Part shown: positions 55,740 to 64,000 of the stretch, one piece after another | How positions within the stretch are numbered: the stretch's first letter is position 1 | How the letters are laid out: each line of letters opens with the position of its first letter | NCBI GenBank assembly: GCA_951406725.2 | Contig: CATOCA020000001.1 | Span: 11,842,001 to 11,906,000, forward strand | Source: Octopus vulgaris | Lineage: Eukaryota | Direction: 5' to 3' | Length of the DNA stretch: 64,000 nt | Notes under the pieces: generated by a model | Told to the model about the DNA's origin: nothing | The model's database searches: none | The model's input: only the letters and a program-made list of their open reading frames with translations | Program-made: the position numbers and the translations under genes

Positions 55740-56489
55740 GCACACACACACACACACATATATATATACATGTATAAATATATGTATGTATGTATGATCA
55801 TATATCTAGATCTATGTGCTGGGTATAACTCAAACTGAATCCAGTAGTGGGGTGTTTTGTTCGGGAGTTCCAGAGTTTGTGGAATCTGGAATCACCTCGG
55901 AGTCACTATAGTCCCCCGCGCTACTCTGATCCGGACGGAGTTGTAGCAAAGGTCAAGGTCCAAATATAAGTTAACTAATATAAGTAATGACATTGTATCG
56001 GAGCGCGGAAATGCAGAAATAACCTTGGTTGATGTCACGGCATGCAGTAAAACCACTAAAAAGGACGGATCACTTGGTTGCATCAGAGGTGCCTACTGAT
56101 GGAAAACCTGCTGTTTGACCTGATGAAAAGTCCTCTCTGTTCGGTCTGCCACTAGGTTCTAGTCACAGAGACTCAGAGTGGTACTGGTATTCTACAGGTG
56201 CCTCTCACTATAATCAAATGATGCACAGTTATGTCTTTAAGATGACCACATTCGGCATTTCATCTGCTGAAGTTCCTACGGTGGTGGATGAATGGACGCG
56301 CACGGTAGGCTACAACAACTTTCGTCTCTCACCTACGCTTCAAAGAAGGCAGATCGGCAGAGAGACTAAATTTCAACTGAGAGGTCATGAATGGAAACAC
56401 AGAAATGCCTTTGACAAACAGGAAGCAAAAGAAAACGGCAAACATCTGCCAAGGTGGAGCAATCATCTTATGTGTATGTATATATATAT

Positions 56490-59323
56490 ATATATATAAA
56501 CGGCAGTTTGTCTGTCTGTGTGTCTGTGTGTCTGTTTGATTGTACCCTCACTCTGACCACGGCTTTCAACCGATTCTGATGAAACTTGACACACACATAG
56601 CCCAATGTCATAATTCAAAACTAACGCAGCGAAAATTTTGAAAAGTTCCCTCAGTTCTGAAAAAATCGATAAATTCGACATGGGGTCGAGAATCAGAAAC
56701 ACAAACCACAGACTGTCTAGGGGGCGCAACTCGACCTTTTTAACTCTCAACTACATCAATATCCAGCTACTTGAAGCTATTCCTGGTGATGTCCACGTCT
56801 ACAAATCTATTGATAGGACAGCAGACCCCGCAGAGCTTGCCGATTATCCTGTTGAATTCCTGAATTCACTTGAACCGCCAGGCCTGCCGCCACACATCCT
56901 GAAGTTAAAAGTCGGTGCGCCCATTATGCTCATCAGGAATTTGGTTCCACCTAAACAGTGCAACGGCACACGTTTGGTTGTGAAACATTTGCCACCACAT
57001 TTAATAACGGCCACAATACTTACCGGTTGTGGGAAGGGAGAGGACGTCTTTATTCCACGGATGCACCTTCAACCGTCGGGCGCTGACCTACCAATCCACT
57101 TCAGGCGTTCTCAGTTTCCTGTTAAACTCTGCTTCGCAATGTCCATCAATAAATCCCAAGGCCAAACGCTACAAGTCGCTGGGTTACAGTTGGGCGAACA
57201 GTGCTTCGCCCACGGTCAACTCTACGTGGGCTGTTCACGCGTTGGGAGGCGCAATGATATTTTCATGTTTTCGCCCAAAGGGACATCTAGGAACATCGTA
57301 TACGCAGAAGTATTCGAGTGAAGAGAAGACATTGCAACCTACAAAATCGATAAACTCGGTATGGGGTCGAGAATCTAAGCTTTTTATATGCAACACATTT
57401 TCTATGGTAGTTTTCGCAACTTGCAATCGATTTTCACAAAACTCATGGGGAAGCTTAATGTTACCCTAAGAAACTCAATTCTGACGTTAGTTTTCCATGC
57501 AATACCTTACCATCAGAAACAATCGATAAAATCATGCCATTTTGGGAAATCGCGTTCAAATTCAAGATGACATATTTTCGACAATATCTTTCACAAATTG
57601 GCAGGAATTTTTTTTTAAAATTCACAGCGAGCATCATGTCTGCTCCAAGGAGATATATGGCCCTTTTTATTCCAATAGGATACATTATTGGAAAAAATCG
57701 GTTAATTAAATCATATGTGGCACACATAGCAAACCGATTTGTGTATTAAACACAAACCAGACTGTCTAGGGGACGCAACTCGACCTTTTTAGCTATCGAT
57801 AATTCGATCCAACCAATTCCTACCAGGAAGAAATTACATTCGAGACTTCACCCCCAACACCGCCACTTCTGCTAATAGCTGCTGCAGCCGCAAGTTATTC
57901 GAATACTTTTTTTGTTTACACTTTCTTTATAACTACAACCCCAAACGTTTTACCTTAAATTTTTGACGTACCCTAAGGGTCCTCGGACTCTACTTGCAAA
58001 CTCTTGGTTTATTATAAGCCGCTTTTGTCGTGTGCAACACAAAAACTTTTCCATTCGTTTGTTCAGTTTGGTCACTTTTGGCTTTTTCGTTGTTGTCACT
58101 CACATTGCTGCCCGCTTTTTTGCCGTTTTTGTACATTTTTATACATTTTGGGATACTTACCCCACATGCTCCTTTTTATTACACCTTTACCAAACACATT
58201 GCTATCCACCAAAATACTTACCCCACGTGTTCCTTTTTATTACACCTTTGCCAAACACATTGCTATCCACCAAAATGCCACCCAAGAAGAGAAGGACCCT
58301 TCTCAGACCTCGGACGGCCAAGGCATCGGCTGCTAGGGCTAGAAGGGCACGCGAGACCCACGATAAAAACCGCCTTGCGCCTCTCGCAAAAAGCTTCCCG
58401 TTCTGCCGCTGCTCAGGCATCTGAAACTACTAGCGACCGTTCTACCCGACTTGCAAGGGTCGCAGCGTACAGATCTTCCCTCCGCTCGAGGTTGACGAAA
58501 GAGCTTTGCACCATTGTCGACACTCCAGCTAGCCTCCGGGACGCTATCTTCCACGACCTACAAAACAATTTACGCGACCTAATATGGCTGGCAGGCAGAG
58601 CTATTCTCGCACCCAAAAATACAACCGTCAACTCCATCAATATCCAGCTACTTGAAGCTATTCCTGGTGATGTCCACGTCTACAAATCTATTGATAGGAC
58701 AGCAGACCCCGCAGAGCTTGCCGATTATCCTGTTGAATTCCTGAATTCACTTGAACCGCCAGGCCTGCCGCCACACATTATGAAGTTAAAAGTCGGTGCG
58801 CCCATTATGCTCATCAGGAATTTGGTTCCACCTAAACAGTGCAACGGCACACGTTTGGTTGTGAAACATTTGCCACCACATTTAATAACGGCCACAATAC
58901 TTACCGGTTGTGGGAAGGGATAGGACGTATTCATTCCACGGATGCACCTTCAACCGTCGGGCGCTGACCTACCAATCCACTTCAGGCGTTCTCAGTTTTC
59001 TGTTAAACTCTGCTTCGCAATGTCAATCGATAAATCCCAAGGCCAAACGCTACAAGTCGCTGGGTTAGATTTGGGCGAACAGTGCTTCGCCCACGGTCAA
59101 CTCTACGTGGGCTGTTCACGCGTTGGGAGGCGCAATGATGTTTTCATGTTTTCGCCCAAAGGGACATATAGGAACATCGTATATACAGAAGTATTCGAGT
59201 GAAGAGAAGACATTGCAGCCTCCACATGCACCTTCGTTCCCTGGAGGGAAAGGACTACATTGGGATTCATCGTCGCCTACTAGGGGCTCTTACATACCCG
59301 GGCAACGCCGGGCTATGCTGCTA

Positions 59324-59324
<1 letters not shown>
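56490..59324 (+). mobile_element. Internally deleted Helitron carrying two copies of the Pif1 helicase C-terminus
   Basis: PVEFLNSLEPPGLPPHILKLKVGAPIMLIRNL...CNGTRL...FAMSINKSQGQTL...HGQLYVGCSRV at ~56750-57321 and ~58630-59202; MPPKKR start at 58275; 3' hairpin CCCGG-GCAACG-CCGGG then CTAG|T at 59321-59324. Confidence 0.92.
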
Positions 59325-59382
<58 letters not shown>

Positions 59383-59487
59383 CATAAGTTTAAAGTTTAT
59401 GAAGGCTCACCGTGTTTTGTCAATTATAAATAATCCATATAAATATATGGCCCCGACGGAAAAAGTTAGTGTTTGCCGTACAAATAT

Positions 59488-59530
<43 letters not shown>

Positions 59531-59614
59531 GAGAGAGAGAGGGAGAGATAGATAGATACGTATATTTATGTTACCCTACCAATATCACAAGAAGGCTGTC
59601 AATATATACATATG

Positions 59615-61689
59615 CTTGCGCGCGGAAAATAACTTCTTCGCCTTCAATGACAACTTCTACCGACAAAAATCGGGGACTGCGATGGGTACACGAATGGCCC
59701 CCTCCTTTGCCAACCTAGTCATAGGATATCTAGAGATCAGTCTGTATCGTAAGGTTCTAGAAAGATATGGCAGCCCTTTCTCCATCTACATAGAAAACAA
59801 CTGGAAGAGATATCTAGATGACTGTTTCATCCTTTGGCATAAAAATATAGAAAAACTCATAGAATTCCAGGAAATTTTAAACGGACTGGACGTAAACATC
59901 CAATTCACGATGGAATATAGCCAGCAACAACTCCCCTTCCTCGATATCCTCATTAAGAAAGCTAATAATATAATAGAAACAGACATATATTATAAGCCTA
60001 CAGACTCTAAGCAATATCTTCCATTCAATTCATGCCACCCCAGACACACCAGGATGAATATCCCCTTCAACCTAGCAAAAAAGATATGCACTATAGTCTC
60101 GAACGCAAACACCAGAGACACACGACTACAAGAACTAAAAGATACCCTTATCACCAGGAACTATCCACCTTCACTTATTGACAAGTGCATTCAACGTGCC
60201 CTTCAACTTAACATCAAGGAACTGAGACATCCCAAATCAAAGAAAAACTTACAACCAAAAACCTTACCATACATCTCCACACACAACCCTCTCAATAACA
60301 CAGCCTTCGGCACCATCCTCCACAACATACCCCTCCTAAAAAAAGACCACAGAATGAACACAATCCTCCAAACACACACGATCATAAAAAGCAAGAGACA
60401 GCCTAAATCCATGAAAATCTCCTAACACAAGCCCGAATTCACTCTTCAACACAGAAGCCGACAGTAAAAAAATGTGGAAGACCCAATTGCGGGATATGCG
60501 ACTATCTAATTGAGGGATCAGAGTTCTCCTTCAAACAGGGACAACGGTTTACAGTGAAAAGCAACTTCACATGTGCTTCGGAGAACCTAATATACTCACT
60601 AACCTGCTCCGGGTGTCAAGAGCAGTACATAGGCCAAACAAAAAATAGTTTGCGTAAACGAATGGCCCTGCACATATCCCAGATAAAAATTCCCCAAAAC
60701 AGAAAAATAGCTTTTAGCCAACACATAGATACTTGCGCCAACAAAAAAACACCAAGCTTCAGGATTTTCCCCTCTACCAATTTAGGGACGATACAACCTC
60801 GAGACAACGAATAAGTAAAGAAACTCTCTTTATTGCAAAATACAGGCCACTTCTAAACGGGTCTACGACAAACAATTAATATACCTCAACTTTAGAACAA
60901 AAGAAATATTCACACACAAATATTACATTCCAAAGAATCCATTACTAATCACAGCTAAAATCACAGCTATAATCCACAACATGCCAACTTCAAGTCATAC
61001 TTTAACCCATTCATATTCTCCCTTCTCTGTTTTTTTCTTCTTCTTCCTCTTCTTCTTCATCATCATCATTATCATCATCATCGTCGTCATAACCATCACC
61101 ACCATCACCATCATCGTCATCTTCTCCTTCTTCTTCTTCTTCTTCTTCTTCTTCTTCTTCATCATCATCATCATCAACATCGTCATCTTCTTCTTCTTCT
61201 TCTTCTCCTTCTTCTTCTTCTTCTTCTTCTTCTTCTTCTTCTTCTTCTCCACCTTCTACCCCTTAACTTTGTCACTAATTTATTTTAGTATAACACCTAC
61301 GCAAATTCTATAAACAAGCCTTTCAATAGAAATATTCTCCTGAATTGAACTGCGACTGCCAGCCGCCACTGACCATTCAAAATAAGACCATCAGGGCACT
61401 CCCAGATTCTCCCACCCCCTTTCCTCATTAGCCTTCTTCCTCTACTACCCTATCAAGAACTCACAACGACCTCCAACACACAAGTGCAAACAAGGGAGTC
61501 AGAGAAAGGCAGAATGCTACTTATAACTGAACACTACTATAGAAATATTCCTTTAAAAAAACTTTTCTTCTAATTTTTCTAAATTTAATTATTTAATCGT
61601 TGCAGTTGAAAAGGTCTCAAAATGTCCGAAACCGGTACTGAAATGTTTACTATAAAATTATTTTAGCATTTTCTATTTTTGACTTGTTT

Positions 61690-61690
<1 letters not shown>
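59615..61690 (+). mobile_element. 5'-truncated Penelope-like element (RT, Cys linker, GIY-YIG, 3' region) between (AT)n tracts
   Basis: GTAMGTRMAPSFANL, WKRYLDD, LPFLD, YYKPTDSKQYL; CGRPNCGIC; LIYSLTCSGCQEQYIGQT; two frameshifts. Confidence 0.92.
61603..61640 (+). ncRNA. Minimal hammerhead-like motif with compensatory U3-A8 core
   Basis: CAG-TTGAAAA-GGTC(TCAAAAT)GTCC-GAAA-CCGG-TA-CTG: stem I CAG/CTG, palindromic stem III ACCGGT, GUA triplet, located at the 3' end of a PLE. Confidence 0.65.
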
Positions 61691-61745
<55 letters not shown>

Positions 61746-62051
61746 GTTTGTATGTATGTATGTGTGTATATTTGCCATTTCAGTGGACTGAAGCAACGTG
61801 AAACAAAGTGTCTTGCTCAAGGACGCAACCCTCGCTGTAGTCACAGTACTTTGTAGGATAGGTGCGTCCTGATGTAAAACCTGCTATTTCACATAATCAT
61901 TGTTCATCTAGATTCGGTCTGCCACTAGGTTCTAGTCACAGAGACTCAGAGTAGTACTCGTGTTGTACAACTGTCTATCAATACATTCCAATGACGCACA
62001 GATATCTCATTAACATGAACACATTTGTCATTTAATTTATTGAAGCTCCAA

Positions 62052-62390
62052 AGGCTGTGAGCTGGCAGAAACGTTAACACGCCGGGCTAAATGCTTAGCG
62101 TTATTTCGTCTGTCTTTGCGTTCTGAGTTCAAATTTCGCCGAGGACGACTTTGCTTTAACCCTTTCAGGGTAGATTAAATAAGTACCAGTTGCGCACTGG
62201 GGTCGATGTAATCGACTTGATCCTTCTCTCTGTCCATGTTTGTCTCCACTGTGTTTAGCCCCGTGTGGGTAATAAAGAAATAGGTATTTCGTCTGTCTTT
62301 GCGTTCTGAGTTCAAATTACGCCGAGGTTGACTTTGCCTTTCATCCTTTCAGGGTCGATAAATTAAGCACCAGTTGCGTACTGGGGTCGA
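62052..62390 (+). mobile_element. SINE of the satellite-forming family with 1.5 tandem body units
   Basis: Head gagctggcagaaacgttaacacgccggg, then tatttcgtctgtctttgcgttctgagttc at ~62102 and ~62285. Confidence 0.85.
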
Positions 62391-62588
62391 GCTACCTATC
62401 TATATCTGCCCTCTCCCAAGCGTCTGTACTTCAGTGGCAAGGACCTGGTATTTTGACAGGAGGATATCCAGTTTTGTTTCGAAGGCACTTAAACCCACCC
62501 CATGTTGGCCTCTCATGTAATAATATGACCCGATACCCTTTTTTTTTTACTGTTTTGCTATTTGCTATATTATACGTAAATTTACATC

Positions 62589-62660
<72 letters not shown>

Positions 62661-62676
62661 CTATATAGATCGAAAA

Positions 62677-62677
<1 letters not shown>

Positions 62678-62725
<48 letters not shown>

Positions 62726-62732
62726 GGCTTAC

Positions 62733-62809
<77 letters not shown>

Positions 62810-62826
62810 GTGATAGATAGATAGAT
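62678..62826. repeat. (GATA)n microsatellite
   Basis: Read directly. Confidence 0.97.
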
Positions 62827-62929
62827 ATAATATATGTGGGTTTCCGTGTAATTATAATAAGGGCTTAGAAATAAATTTGCTAGCTATATGCTGAGAAAAA
62901 GATATTGATGACGATCTTATATTTATATA

Positions 62930-63491
62930 CTGCAGCTCATATACCGGGTCTATCAAGAAAATATATAAAATCAATGATTCGATAATTGTTGATGACGATG
63001 ACGACAACTAGGAAAAAGACTACGACGACGATGACAACAGTGAAGATGACTACGATGAAGATGTTGATGCAGCGACGAGGATGCAGATATTGATGACGAT
63101 GATAACGAAGATGATGAGGTGGAGGGGATTGTGAGGATTTTCATGATCAAGATGATGATCATTTGAATGAGGAAGATGAGCTATACATTTTCCAGTGGAG
63201 TTGTTAAATGAACAAAATCCACGTGGAATTCCACCTCATATTCTGGTGATGAACGTTTGGAGTATTATAATGTGAGAACGAAACCTCAGACCCTTGAAGA
63301 GTTTACTAAATAGAACATGAGCAACAATTATAGAAGAGTGCAACCATCTTCTTTATACAGCAGAAATATTTACTGGCAACAGTTAAGAAGAATGGGTTTT
63401 CATTTCACGAATTTATTTCTCACATAGCGAGACAAATCTACATTTTAAGCATAATCACAGCCAGTTCCCCTTGATACTATTCTTTGTTATT
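62930..63491 (+). repeat. Inverted near-identical copy of 51567-52128 (Helitron helicase remnant)
   Basis: ORFs 51896..52087(+) and 62971..63162(-) are identical; flanks are colinear. Confidence 0.92.
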
Positions 63492-63914
63492 GTAAACATA
63501 GTTTTCTCCCAGACCTACCAGATGCAAATGAAACGAAAAGAATACTTCCTCACTCTAAATGGCATCAACAATTCTCTCAAACAACCATTTGTCTGAAGTG
63601 AAGTCTTTTGATTCCCTCCAAAATATCCGTTTGAACATTAGAATGAAAATTAAGAACCGGGTCTGGTAAGCCTAATGTGGTACAACTAACACCATGCAAT
63701 CACAATATCAAATCTATTCCCTATATGAATTGTTAAAGGAAATTTTAAAGTAGCTTCGTTAAAAGTCTTCAATGAATGTACTTTCAATCAGCTGATACAG
63801 TTCTACAGGGTATTTAAGCGCGTCAACTGCATATAGCTATGCATAGCTTTGCCTCAGTTAAGATTGGCGAAACATCAATACCTGCAGATTCTTCTAGACA
63901 TCTCATTCACTTAC

Positions 63915-64000
63915 CATCATAACTACGTAAAGTACATTTTTCTGCTGCCTTCGATAATGTTTCAAATACTTCACCTTTTCGATTCCCAGTTGGTAAATCT
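63915..64000 (-). CDS. Possible exon cut by the window edge (DLPTGNRKGEVFETLSKAAEKCTLRSYD, phase-1 end)
   Basis: Open frame ending GAT G|gtaagt; acceptor not visible. Confidence 0.3.

Overview
Repeat-saturated, AT-rich eukaryotic DNA. The tRNA-derived SINEs, long (ATT)n/(ATC)n/(AT)n microsatellites and retroelement mix suggest a coleoid cephalopod such as Octopus (inference). Almost all long ORFs in the supplied track are microsatellite artefacts or transposon remnants: R4/Dong-type RLE LINEs, Penelope-like elements, CR1-type LINEs, Helitrons and one mariner. The main hidden signal is a minus-strand host gene that the ORF track largely misses. Between 22.8 and 39.4 kb lie 11 intact 117-120 nt phase 1-1 exons, each encoding one six-cysteine (mostly calcium-binding) EGF domain. 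Each sits in a repeated cassette of exon, conserved intron ends and (TAA)n/(GAT)n tracts, and two further cassettes have lost their exon. I also found a candidate terminal exon (18.75 kb), a Cys-rich upstream exon (47.1 kb) and a TATA/Inr promoter or recursive splice site (55.4 kb). The intronic (TAA)n tracts have been colonised repeatedly, in a fixed orientation, by R4/Dong retrotransposons. Three distinct hammerhead-ribozyme-like motifs accompany Penelope-like elements. A 6.7 kb SINE-derived satellite with embedded inversions and two long fold-back palindromes are also present. Exon, TIR and ribozyme coordinates were counted by hand; other transposon boundaries are approximate.
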